The notes under the pieces were generated by a model, which was not told where the DNA came from, ran no database searches, and worked only from the letters and a program-made list of their open reading frames with translations. 25,156 nt of DNA. Source: a bacterium (GTDB taxonomy: Bacteria; Zhuqueibacterota; Zhuqueibacteria; Oceanimicrobiales; Oceanimicrobiaceae). The position numbers and the translations under genes were made by a program. This document shows positions 16,825-25,156 of the stretch, piece by piece; position 1 is the stretch's first letter; every line of letters begins with the position of its first letter. The stretch covers positions 1 through 25,156 of the forward strand of contig JBHHXN010000067.1 of NCBI GenBank assembly GCA_046757025.1, in the 5' to 3' direction.

Positions 16825-17664
16825 ATGCGTATTTCACCCACAACCGAACAGTGGCAAACGCTGAAATTCATTGAGCGTGTAAATTTCAAAGTAACCGATT
16901 TCATCAATCGCTCGCATTGGCTGCGACGCCCGCTGATAAAAATCCAGTCCACATTTAGTAAATCGTGGATAGAGCTCGTTACCTCGCGCATCGTGAAAGA
17001 TCACGGCTTTGAAAATTTTAAAAAGATCGATCCCAGCAGAGCCGTGCTGCTGGTGGCCAACCACCGCTCCTTTTTTGATCAGTTTGTGATTACCGCCCGC
17101 CTATTTCAGTTGTATGGGGCGCATCATCATATTTACTTTCCCATTCGGGCGAACTTTTTTTATGACAATCCGCTGGCGCTGCTGGTGAATCTGACGGTAA
17201 CCCTGGGCGTCATGTACCCGCCGTTTGTGCGCGAAGGCAAGCGCCGGCAGTGGAACCTCTATGCCATGGATCTGTTGGTGGATATTTTGAGTCATCCAGA
17301 TAATTTCGTTGGGTTCCATCCGGAAGGTACGCGCAACCAGAGTCCCGATCCGTACGCATTGTTGCCGGGCAAACCCGGTTGCGGAGAGCTGATTTACCGG
17401 GCACGACCGAATGTGGTGCCGGTCTTTTTACAGGGCTTTCCCAGTTCGGTCTGGAAAATGCTTCGCCAGAACTTGAGCTTTAACCAGGAAACGGAGCCGG
17501 TTGTGCACATGGTGATGGGGGAACCGATGAAATTTGATGAAGAGTTGAATTTTACGCCCAGCCGAAAAACGTATCTGAGCCTGTCTAAAAAAGTGATGAC
17601 CCGAATTCAGCAACTGGGTGAAGAGGAACGTAAAATCAGAGCACGATATGCAAAAAGTCATTGA
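16825..17664 (+). CDS. Lysophospholipid acyltransferase family protein
   Basis: NHRSFFD (HX4D), FHPEGTR, KPGCG, VVPVF; start corrected to ATG at 16825, preceded by AAGGA. Confidence 0.85.
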   Translation: MRISPTTEQWQTLKFIERVNFKVTDFINRSHWLRRPLIKIQSTFSKSWIELVTSRIVKDHGFENFKKIDPSRAVLLVANHRSFFDQFVITARLFQLYGAHHHIYFPIRANFFYDNPLALLVNLTVTLGVMYPPFVREGKRRQWNLYAMDLLVDILSHPDNFVGFHPEGTRNQSPDPYALLPGKPGCGELIYRARPNVVPVFLQGFPSSVWKMLRQNLSFNQETEPVVHMVMGEPMKFDEELNFTPSRKTYLSLSKKVMTRIQQLGEEERKIRARYAKSH

Positions 17665-18787
17665 AGAAGCCGTGCTGTTGGCTCAAAAAAAACAACCGTG
17701 CGTGCTGGCAACGGTGGTGCGCACCAAAGGCATGACGCCACAAAAAGCCGGAGCCAAACTGCTTATCCGGCAGGACGGCAGCAGTCTGGGTACCCTGGGC
17801 GGCGGTTGTGTGGAAGGCGATATCTGGCATTATGCCAAACAAATGCTGGCCGACAAAAGCAAGCCGCAATTGCGTGAATATTATTTGAATGAGGATATTG
17901 CCGCCAAAGATGGTTTGGTGTGCGGCGGCACCATGTATTTTTATCTCGAACCGCTGCTGCTGCCCGAGGAATTTTTGAACATCGCCAGGGAAATCGTGCT
18001 GGCTTGCACTCAGGGACCGCCGTTGGCGGTGGCAACGGTGGTGTCCGGTTCGGAAGAGGCAGTGGAGGTTGGGCAAAAAATCGTGGTCAAAGCCGACGGA
18101 TCCGTGAAAGGGGCGCTCAAGGATTCTGAATTGCAACGCAAAATTGCGGAGGTGGGGGCTAAAATTGCCGTGACCGGCGAAAAAGCTTTTCTGGAAAGCG
18201 AGAACGGCACGGGAGTTTATGTCGAGGGCTTTACCACCCCGCCGACGCTGGTCATCATGGGGGGCGGGCACATCGGAAAATCGGTTTACCAGTTGGCTCT
18301 GCCTCTGGGCTTTAAAATCATCGTGGTGGATGATCGGCCGGAGTTTTCGAATGCCGAGCGCTTCCCACAAGCCGCCGCGACGCTGGTGGCCGATTTTGAT
18401 CAGGCGCTGAAAGAGCTCGATCTGAATTACAACACGTTTATTCTGGTAGCCACCCGTGGGCACCGTTTTGACGATCTGGCCACAAAGGCCGCGGTCCAAA
18501 CCCCCGCTCGATACGTGGGACTGCTTGGCAGTAAACGCAAAAATCTCCTGATATTTCGCGATCTGCTGGAAAGCGGCATTGCCCTGGAAAAGATTCAAGA
18601 AATTCACGCACCAGTGGGATTGAACATCGGCGCGCTCATGCCGGAAGAACTGGCGGTGAGCATTCTCGCAGAGATCATCATGTGCATGCGGGGTGGAGAC
18701 GGCAGCCCCATGAAAATGTCCGGCGAAAACCTTCTGGACGCCATCCAGAAACTACCGACATCGAAAAAGACGCCACTGCCTTCATAG
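17648..18787 (+). CDS. XdhC/CoxI family molybdoenzyme maturation factor
   Basis: LATVV..KG.TPQK.GAK, GT.GGGCVEG, CGG.M, second CoxI-like repeat, Rossmann GGGHIG, VVDDR, TRGH..D, YVGLLGS, IHAPVGL.IGA..PEELAVSI.AEI; ATG 17648 overlaps the upstream gene by 17 nt. Confidence 0.92.
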   Translation: MQKVIEEAVLLAQKKQPCVLATVVRTKGMTPQKAGAKLLIRQDGSSLGTLGGGCVEGDIWHYAKQMLADKSKPQLREYYLNEDIAAKDGLVCGGTMYFYLEPLLLPEEFLNIAREIVLACTQGPPLAVATVVSGSEEAVEVGQKIVVKADGSVKGALKDSELQRKIAEVGAKIAVTGEKAFLESENGTGVYVEGFTTPPTLVIMGGGHIGKSVYQLALPLGFKIIVVDDRPEFSNAERFPQAAATLVADFDQALKELDLNYNTFILVATRGHRFDDLATKAAVQTPARYVGLLGSKRKNLLIFRDLLESGIALEKIQEIHAPVGLNIGALMPEELAVSILAEIIMCMRGGDGSPMKMSGENLLDAIQKLPTSKKTPLPS

Positions 18788-18929
18788 AAAAAGGATTGTT
18801 TATTTTTAAGAGATTGTCTCTGATTTATTTATTTCGATATGGCGTTTGTTCAGCCACGGATTGACATGGATCTTGTTCAGCTTTTTGACGTTAACATAAA
18901 GATTAACTTACCAAATTCAGCTAAATTTA

Positions 18930-19083
18930 GTGTCTGAACGAAAACTCGAAAAATGAACGATTTAAAACCTCTTCGTGAAGGCGTCCCTTCGACAAAGCTC
19001 AGGACAGGCCCCCCTGAGCCAGGCAGGAATCAACCCTCGGCCAGGAGGCCCTCGGGAAGAGGGAATTGTTTTGGTTTAGACAC
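18930..19083. mobile_element. MITE-like element C with the same left end as B but different cargo
   Basis: TIRs GTGTCTGAACGAAAAC (18930-18945) and GTTTTGGTTTAGACAC (19068-19083), 14/16 complementary; flanks AATTTA/TATTTA; TGTCTGAACGAAAACTCGA (19 nt) is identical to 8414-8432. Confidence 0.75.
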
Positions 19084-19169
19084 TATTTAAACTAAACATC
19101 TACGCCGTTCTTGTTCCAAAATATCTGTTTTTGAACGCGCAATAATTGGTTTAAAAAATTGGTTCGTTT

Positions 19170-19694
19170 ATGAAAAATACTCATAAATTTCTCCTGATCG
19201 TCATCGTAGTGGGAGGTTGTGTGGGTTGTGATCAGGTCAGCAAAAATATCGCTTCCAACAATTTAAAACATGCCGAACCCATCGTCTATCTGGACAATTT
19301 TTTCAGATTCCAGTACGCTGAAAACACCGGTGCCTTTTTGAGCCTGGGCGCAAAATTGTCCCTGCCAGTCCGTACCTTCCTGTTCACCATTCTCAGCGGC
19401 GGGCTGCTGCTGTTTTTACTGGTTTACCTATTGAAAAATCGCCATTTTGATTTCTGGCAGGTGCTGGCGCTTTCGTTGATTTTGGGCGGGGGCAGCAGCA
19501 ATCTCATCGATCGCATTTTCAAGGGCGGCCGGGTAGTGGATTTTATGAATATGGGCATAGGCAGCTTGCGCACGGGCATTTTTAATTTCGCTGATGTCAG
19601 CATCATGCTCGGTATGGGGATCATCTTTTTTACCATCGTGCAAAATCGCAGCAAACCCAATCCACCGTCTTCGCAGGCACCTGACGCTGATTGA
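19170..19694 (+). CDS. lspA: Lipoprotein signal peptidase II
   Basis: DQVSK, ENTGAFLS, GG.SNLIDR, VVDF and FNFAD (catalytic Asp pair). Confidence 0.94.
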   Translation: MKNTHKFLLIVIVVGGCVGCDQVSKNIASNNLKHAEPIVYLDNFFRFQYAENTGAFLSLGAKLSLPVRTFLFTILSGGLLLFLLVYLLKNRHFDFWQVLALSLILGGGSSNLIDRIFKGGRVVDFMNMGIGSLRTGIFNFADVSIMLGMGIIFFTIVQNRSKPNPPSSQAPDAD

Positions 19695-19812
19695 ATTCTG
19701 AAAAACGATATTATGACTCAATTTTACATCCGTAAGCGTTTAGCGCAGTACAAAGATGGAGTTTTGTCGATTATCATAAAGCACCTGAAATCGAATATCG
19801 AAACAAATTTGA

Positions 19813-19909
19813 GGATTTTGGATTAAGGAAATCGGAATGTGGAAGAAAAAAAGGAGTTGCCCGCTATGTACATGGTGATTCCGTAATCTGCTATTCCTAA
19901 TCTGCATTC
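19813..19909. repeat. Degenerate 7-nt periodic inverted array
   Basis: GGATTTT GGATTAA GGAAATC GGAATGT GGAAG, then ATTCCGT AATCTGC TATTCCT AATCTGC ATTC. Confidence 0.55.
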
Positions 19910-20000
19910 GGAATGTTTCGGGCATTCTTTCCGCTTTAAGGCGTCAGTCCTCTTTCACAGAGGTATCTGCGAAAAGGTTTAGAACCCATTTTCATCAAAC

Positions 20001-21302
20001 TTGAAAATTGTTTTGCCATTGATTGAGAGCGAGAACCCAAAACGCGGATGGAAACAGTATGCGGCTGTTTTAGGACCTGGCATCGCCATTGCCGCCACCG
20101 GCGTTGGCGCCGGTGACATGGTGGCCGCAGCCGTCTCCGGTTCGCGTTATGGTTACGCGGTGGTTTGGGCGGCTGCCGTGGGAGCGCTTTTGAAGTTTGT
20201 GCTGAACGAAGGTCTGGCCCGATGGCAGTTAGCCACCGGCACCACTTTGCTGGAAGGATGGGTGCAGAAATTGGGCAAATGGGTGCAAGTATATTTTTTG
20301 ATCTACCTGGTGCTGTGGTCGTTTATTGTGGGCGGCGCCCTAATTGCGGCTTGCGGATTGGCCGCGCATGCCATGGCCCCTGCCTGGTCGCTGCCGGCCT
20401 GGGGAATCCTGCACTCTCTGGTGGCAGCGGCAATCGTGTTGTGGGGCGGCTACAAGCGATTTGAACGCTTGATGAAATTTTTCATTGCTTTCATGTTTGT
20501 CACCATTCTGGGTTGCGCGTTCTGGGTCTCGCCGCCAACCGTCGCCATAAGCAAAAGTATTTTGCAAGCCGCCATTCCGGCTGGCAGCCCAAAATTTATT
20601 CTGGGTGTCATTGGTGGGGTGGGCGGGAGTTTGACTCTCCTCGCTTACGGTTACTGGATTAAAGAAAGAAAATGGCAGGGCACGCGGGGATTGAAATTCG
20701 TTCGTTTCGATCTGAGCGTCTCCTATGTACTCACAGGTCTGTTCGGGTTGGGCGTGATGATTTTAGCTTCCCAGATATTGCACACTAAAGCGGTGACAAT
20801 AGACGGCAGCAACGGGGTCCTCAAAATGGCGGCCATGCTCGGCGATGTGTTAGGTGATGTGGGCCACTGGGCTTTTTTGCTGGGATTCTGGGGTGCGGTG
20901 ACCACCTCCATGATTGGGGTCTGGCAAGGGGTGCCTTACCTATTTTGTGATTTTGTCGCCCTGATGAAACGCCTGCCAAAACAACCGCGTGCTGAGCTGT
21001 TAAGCGTTCGCTCCATCTGGTATCGGGCTTATCTATTCTGGTTAGCCGTGCCCCCTTTAACGCTTTTGCTCATGGACAAACCCGTTGCGCTGATCGTTTT
21101 CTATTCGGTGATCGGCGCCCTGTTCATGCCGTTTCTGGCGGGTACGCTCCTCTACATGAATTCACGCTCCGATTGGGTGGGCAAAGAATTTCGCAATAGC
21201 TGGCTGACCAGAGTACTATTGGTGGTCGCCTTGATTTTGTTCGGATATTTGTGCCTGGATGAGTTGCGGGACGCTTTAGGAGTTATAAGTTTGAAGTTAT
21301 AA
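20001..21302 (+). CDS. Nramp/MntH-related (YcsG-like) transporter
   Basis: About 11 TM helices; LGPG...AATGVGAGD, G.RYGY...W, E...RWQLATG.TLLEG; TTG start uncertain. Confidence 0.82.
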   Translation: MKIVLPLIESENPKRGWKQYAAVLGPGIAIAATGVGAGDMVAAAVSGSRYGYAVVWAAAVGALLKFVLNEGLARWQLATGTTLLEGWVQKLGKWVQVYFLIYLVLWSFIVGGALIAACGLAAHAMAPAWSLPAWGILHSLVAAAIVLWGGYKRFERLMKFFIAFMFVTILGCAFWVSPPTVAISKSILQAAIPAGSPKFILGVIGGVGGSLTLLAYGYWIKERKWQGTRGLKFVRFDLSVSYVLTGLFGLGVMILASQILHTKAVTIDGSNGVLKMAAMLGDVLGDVGHWAFLLGFWGAVTTSMIGVWQGVPYLFCDFVALMKRLPKQPRAELLSVRSIWYRAYLFWLAVPPLTLLLMDKPVALIVFYSVIGALFMPFLAGTLLYMNSRSDWVGKEFRNSWLTRVLLVVALILFGYLCLDELRDALGVISLKL

Positions 21303-21441
21303 GTCATAGAGGGGTATTTTGAGTCATTGTTAAAGTCATTGATGGCGGCAGGTTGCGTTTAAAAAAAAACACTTTGCCAATTTCTTTCTGCCATAATTCA
21401 GAACGGCACAAACACACTTAATACCCTATACCCAATACCCT
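21281..21441. repeat. 7-nt periodic repeats at the 3' end of the transporter gene
   Basis: AGTTATA AGTTTGA AGTTATA AGTCATA (21281-21308) and ATACCCT ATACCCA ATACCCT (21421-21441). Confidence 0.55.
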
Positions 21442-21594
21442 AAAATAGTCATTGAAGATGAGGAATTATTTTTTTATATTTGCAATTTTGAAGACGATAG
21501 ATGACTGAAGCAAGGACAGGAAAAAATTGAATCATAAAATGAAAGCAGACAAGCTAATTGAGATACTTAACACATACAGCATGGAGCAAATGAA

Positions 21595-22065
21595 ATGAGC
21601 GATGAAAAATACATGGAGATGGCCATTGAACAAGCCCGAATCGGGATGGCCAACGGCCAGACGCCGTTTGGCGCGTGCATCGTTAAAAACGGTGAAGTCA
21701 TAAGTTGTGTGCACAACGTGGTTTGGGAGAGTACGGATATCACCGCCCACGCCGAAGTGCATGCCATTCGAAAAGCCTGTCAAAAGTTGAATTTGATCGA
21801 TTTGACTGGTTGCACCATTTATTCAACCTGTGAGCCCTGTCCCATGTGTTTCAGCGCCTGTCATTGGGCAAAAATTTCCCGGATCGTTTACGGCGCCCGC
21901 ATCGAGGATGCCCGCAACGCCGGCTTCAGCGAGCTCACGATTTCGAACGAATCGATGAAAAAGTTCGGAAACAGCGCAATTGAAATCGTCGGAGATTTTC
22001 TGCGGTCAGAAAACCAGGCGATTTTTAAAGAATGGTCGAACTTAAATAACAAGAGAGTCTATTAA
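21595..22065 (+). CDS. Zn-dependent nucleoside/guanine deaminase (cytidine deaminase fold, GuaD-like)
   Basis: PFGACIV, D.TAHAEV.AIR, CEPCPMC. Confidence 0.88.
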   Translation: MSDEKYMEMAIEQARIGMANGQTPFGACIVKNGEVISCVHNVVWESTDITAHAEVHAIRKACQKLNLIDLTGCTIYSTCEPCPMCFSACHWAKISRIVYGARIEDARNAGFSELTISNESMKKFGNSAIEIVGDFLRSENQAIFKEWSNLNNKRVY

Positions 22066-22105
22066 AGACGAATTGTGAACCCCTAAATATGAAGGAGAGA
22101 TTTAA

Positions 22106-23305
22106 GTGAACAAAAAGACGCAGGAGTTCATTGCACTGGAAGAAAAGTACGGTGCGCGAAATTATCATCCACTCGATATTGTGATCACCCGGGGCGAAGG
22201 CGTCTGGGTTTACGACGTAGAAGGCCAGCGCTATCTCGATTGTTTGAGCGCGTATTCTGCAGTGAACCAGGGGCACTGTCACCCGAAAATTCTCGCGGCG
22301 TTTCAGAAACAGGCCGCCAAAGTCACCCTGACCTCGCGCGCATTTCGCAACGACAAGCTGCCCCTCTTTTGTGAAAAGTTAGCCAATTTGTCCGGAATGG
22401 AAATGGTCCTACCCATGAATTCCGGCGCCGAAGCCGTGGAAACCGCCATCAAAGCCGCGCGCAAATGGGGCTACAAAGTGAAGGGCATTCCCGATAATCA
22501 GGCAGAAATCATTGTTTGTGCCAACAATTTTCACGGTCGCACCACCACCATTGTGGGCTTCTCCACCGAAGAGCAGTACCTGGATGGCTTTGGTCCGTTC
22601 ACGCCGGGATTTAAGGTAGTGCCGTTCGGCGACGCCGACGCCCTGGAAAAAGCGTTTTCTCCCAACACCTGCGCCTTTTTAGTGGAACCCATTCAGGGCG
22701 AGGCTGGCATCATCATCCCCCCTCCGGGTTATTTGAAACGCGCGCAGGATCTGTGTCGAAAGAACAACACTCTGTTAATCGTCGATGAAATTCAATGCGG
22801 CCTCGGACGCTGCGGTAAGCTGTTCGCCTACGAGTTCGAAAAGGTTGAGCCGGACGCCATCATTGTGGGTAAAGCGCTGTCGGGAGGATTCATGCCGGTG
22901 TCCGCGGTTTTGGCGCGGAAAGAAGTGCTGGAGGTATTCAACCCGGGTGATCACGGCAGCACCTTTGGCGGGAATCCGCTGGCCTGTGCGGTGTCGTTAG
23001 CTGCACTGGACGTCCTCCTGGATGAAAATCTCATCGAGCGCGCCGCCACTGGCGGCAAAAAATTGCTGGAACAGCTCAAAACCATTCAATCTCCACACAT
23101 CGTCGATGTCCGCGGTCGGGGATTGTTTATCGGGGTAGAGCTGGACACCGCCGCCCGACCCTACTGCGAGACTCTGAAAGAGGAGGGATTACTGTGCAAA
23201 GAAACCCACGAAAACGTCATTCGGTTTGCACCGCCGCTGGTGATTTCCGACGACGAGCTGGAGTGGGCCTTCGAGCGCATCAAAGTGGTGCTGGAAAATG
23301 ATTGA
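22106..23305 (+). CDS. rocD: Ornithine--oxo-acid transaminase
   Basis: [48 protein letters not shown] lysine [23 protein letters not shown] before GTG. Confidence 0.95.
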   Translation: MNKKTQEFIALEEKYGARNYHPLDIVITRGEGVWVYDVEGQRYLDCLSAYSAVNQGHCHPKILAAFQKQAAKVTLTSRAFRNDKLPLFCEKLANLSGMEMVLPMNSGAEAVETAIKAARKWGYKVKGIPDNQAEIIVCANNFHGRTTTIVGFSTEEQYLDGFGPFTPGFKVVPFGDADALEKAFSPNTCAFLVEPIQGEAGIIIPPPGYLKRAQDLCRKNNTLLIVDEIQCGLGRCGKLFAYEFEKVEPDAIIVGKALSGGFMPVSAVLARKEVLEVFNPGDHGSTFGGNPLACAVSLAALDVLLDENLIERAATGGKKLLEQLKTIQSPHIVDVRGRGLFIGVELDTAARPYCETLKEEGLLCKETHENVIRFAPPLVISDDELEWAFERIKVVLEND

Positions 23306-23372
23306 TTTGGTAAAGATTGAATATGGAAGACTCAATTATATAATAATTTTCACCTGAGTAAATAAAAGCCCG

Positions 23373-23410
23373 TGTCATTCAGGAGGAATCTTTTTAATTA
23401 ACAGCACTTT
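23373..23410. repeat. Truncated second copy of the element A hairpin cargo
   Basis: TGTCATTCAGGAGGAATCTTTTTAATTAACAGCACTTT is 35/38 identical to 3184-3221; right arm and TIRs are absent. Confidence 0.8.
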
Positions 23411-23505
23411 GTGGCCTTCCTGGAAAGCTATCTGGCAGTATAACAATTATCGCGATTTGTGCAGCTCACAGGTTTTTTGGGGGCTTTTTCGGATAGATTT
23501 TAAAA

Positions 23506-24252
23506 CTAATCCACCTGGCCTATTCTCAAACAAACGGGCCAGGTAATCTTTTTTTTAGCTTCCTTCAATCCCCATAAATTTTCAAGTCTCTCCGTGATTA
23601 AGTCCAGGGGATCGGTTTTATGTGCTATTTTATACTTTTGAACGGCCGACCATGTGTTCAAGTAACCCACTAGTTCCCCCAGATTCCAGTGGCAGGTCAT
23701 TTTAAAAGGCGGCGGTTGGATTTCTCGAAACGGAAAGGGAAGGGGGGCGTATTCATCCTCCAGCAATTTTCTTTCTGCCGGCCAGAAGTCGCCGACCATA
23801 TTTTGATAAAAATCCAGAAGCAAGCGGTCGATTTGTCGGTCCACAGTCAGCAGGTTGTAGCACCAAACAGCCAGAATCCCGCCGGATTTTGAAACCCGCC
23901 TTACTTCGTCATAAAATTTGTCTAACTCAAACCAGTGCAGCGCCTGCGCCACGGTGATGAGATCTACGCTGTGGACTTTTAAATTCGTCTTCTCTGCCGG
24001 ACTGACGCGGTATTGAATTTTCGGGTGTACAACCGCGTTCTGGATTTGACTGGTGCTGGCATCGGTAGCGGCTACGGTGTTATAATATTTGGCTAACGCC
24101 ACAGCGGCCTGCCCGTTGCCGGTGGCGCAATCCCAGGCCAGTTCATGTTCTGCGGTTAGGGATGCGAGATAGTCAAACAACGCCAGAGGGTAGGTCGGCC
24201 GATATTTTGCGTAATCGACGGCTTGCTTGGAAAAATGATCTTTAAAGTTCAT
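23506..24252 (-). CDS. Class I SAM-dependent methyltransferase
   Basis: FKDHFS..A..YAKYRP.YP, motif I WDCATGNGQ, DLITVAQALHWF. Confidence 0.9.
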   Translation of the reverse strand: MNFKDHFSKQAVDYAKYRPTYPLALFDYLASLTAEHELAWDCATGNGQAAVALAKYYNTVAATDASTSQIQNAVVHPKIQYRVSPAEKTNLKVHSVDLITVAQALHWFELDKFYDEVRRVSKSGGILAVWCYNLLTVDRQIDRLLLDFYQNMVGDFWPAERKLLEDEYAPLPFPFREIQPPPFKMTCHWNLGELVGYLNTWSAVQKYKIAHKTDPLDLITERLENLWGLKEAKKKITWPVCLRIGQVD

Positions 24253-24369
24253 TCTGTGAGTTTTTTATTTTTCTCTACTTGTAACACCATTAAAAATTAA
24301 ATGATCATCAACGATTTCTGCAGGAATTATGCGTAAAACTTGGATGTCTCAATTGTTTTTTTAGGCCAT

Positions 24370-24854
24370 CTAAAATACGTATTTACCATTATTGACCTGA
24401 ACATTTGGCGGCTGCTGTGTTTTTCGAAATAGTCAAAACCTTGCTTGAGATTTTGCCAGAAGTCGAACCACCTGGAATTTTGATACTGTGCCAGATTTTC
24501 GACGGTCAAACGGAAGGGAAAAATATGAACTCTAATATATTTTTGTCCTTTTCTAAAGGCTGCATCCGCAAGAGCATATATTTCTTCAATTGACGGATCC
24601 GTCATAGCGTAACAGCCAATCGAAACACAGTTTCCGTGCACCATGATCGCATTGCCGGTTCGTTTGTGAAATCTATCGTACTGATTGGGATAGCCAATAT
24701 TGAATGAGAGATGAAAATTGCTCAAAGGATTTAATTGTTTTGGTGTGACAAAATAATATCCTTCCGGGCTTTGCAAGTCGCCCTGCTTTAGTTTAGGACC
24801 CAGTTTGCCAGAATAATAACAAATTTTATAGATTTTAAAGAGCTTATAATCATC
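24370..24854 (-). pseudogene. YafK/LdtF/DpaA-like (YkuD family) pseudogene, 5'-truncated with a frameshift
   Basis: *DDYKLFKIYKICYYSGKLGPKLKQGDLQSPEGYY...MVHGNCVSIGCYAMTD; in-frame TGA at 24855-24857, no signal peptide; adding one A to the run at 24420-24424 restores EKTQQPPNVQVNNGKYVF*. Confidence 0.82.
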
Positions 24855-25066
24855 TCAAGTTTCGCAGTTGTTTAATCAATTGTTTTGTAGTGCATTTTTC
24901 TTAACCGGCATTCACATAATTCCTTATAATAACTATCGTTAGAGAAATTCCAAAATAGTAAAATGAAGCCATTAATTTAAAAAGTCATTTCTAAATCGAC
25001 TTTTTGATTTACTGGTAAAAAGACGTTTTGCTACAAGCAAGAAGATTTTGAAATAGAAACTTTGAT

Positions 25067-25149
25067 TTTAACGCAGAGGCCGCTGAGAGCGCAGAGCGTT
25101 TCGCAGAGAGAGAGATTTTTCTCTGCGTCCTCTGCGCCTCTGCGTTAAA
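25067..25149. repeat. CGCAGAG/CTCTGCG palindromic repeat element
   Basis: Perfect 14-bp outer arms TTTAACGCAGAGGC/GCCTCTGCGTTAAA; three CGCAGAG units plus one CGCTGAG variant, facing three CTCTGCG units. Confidence 0.85.
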
Positions 25150-25156
25150 TAATAAT

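Noticed and set aside
17636..18607. 323-aa minus-strand ORF
   Set aside because: Antisense shadow of the well-supported XdhC gene; no recognisable motifs
21539..21598. 19-aa uORF MKADKLIEILNTYSMEQMK overlapping the deaminase start (ATGA)
   Set aside because: No good SD, no attenuator or regulatory codon pattern, and the deaminase has its own GGAG; probably chance

Overview
A gene-dense bacterial chromosomal segment of mostly housekeeping and metabolic genes. It holds about 24 intact CDSs: OPT transporter, M29 aminopeptidase, thyA-folA, Mth938 protein, Tat-signal PLP enzyme, FHA-adenylate cyclase, cold-shock protein, HemN-like radical SAM, standalone NFACT-R, serine hydrolase, DUF1232, two acyltransferases, msrB, DUF6174 lipoprotein, alkA-ogt, XdhC, lspA, Nramp-like transporter, nucleoside deaminase, rocD and a methyltransferase. 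There are also two 5'-truncated remnants (a TPR tail and a frameshifted YafK/DpaA). I see no rRNA, tRNA, CRISPR array, transposase or integrase, and no convincing new multi-gene protein system. The most unusual signal is non-coding. Many AT-rich spacers carry palindromic elements. Four are MITE-like, with terminal inverted repeats and target-site duplications; three of these have GTGTC-type ends and TANNTA-type 6-bp duplications but different REP-like hairpin cargo. There is also a covarying CAGG-N9-CCTG palindrome family, 7-nt-periodic arrays and a CGCAGAG hairpin. The ThyA resembles the haloarchaeal type. All family calls come from motif recognition by eye; no database searches were run.
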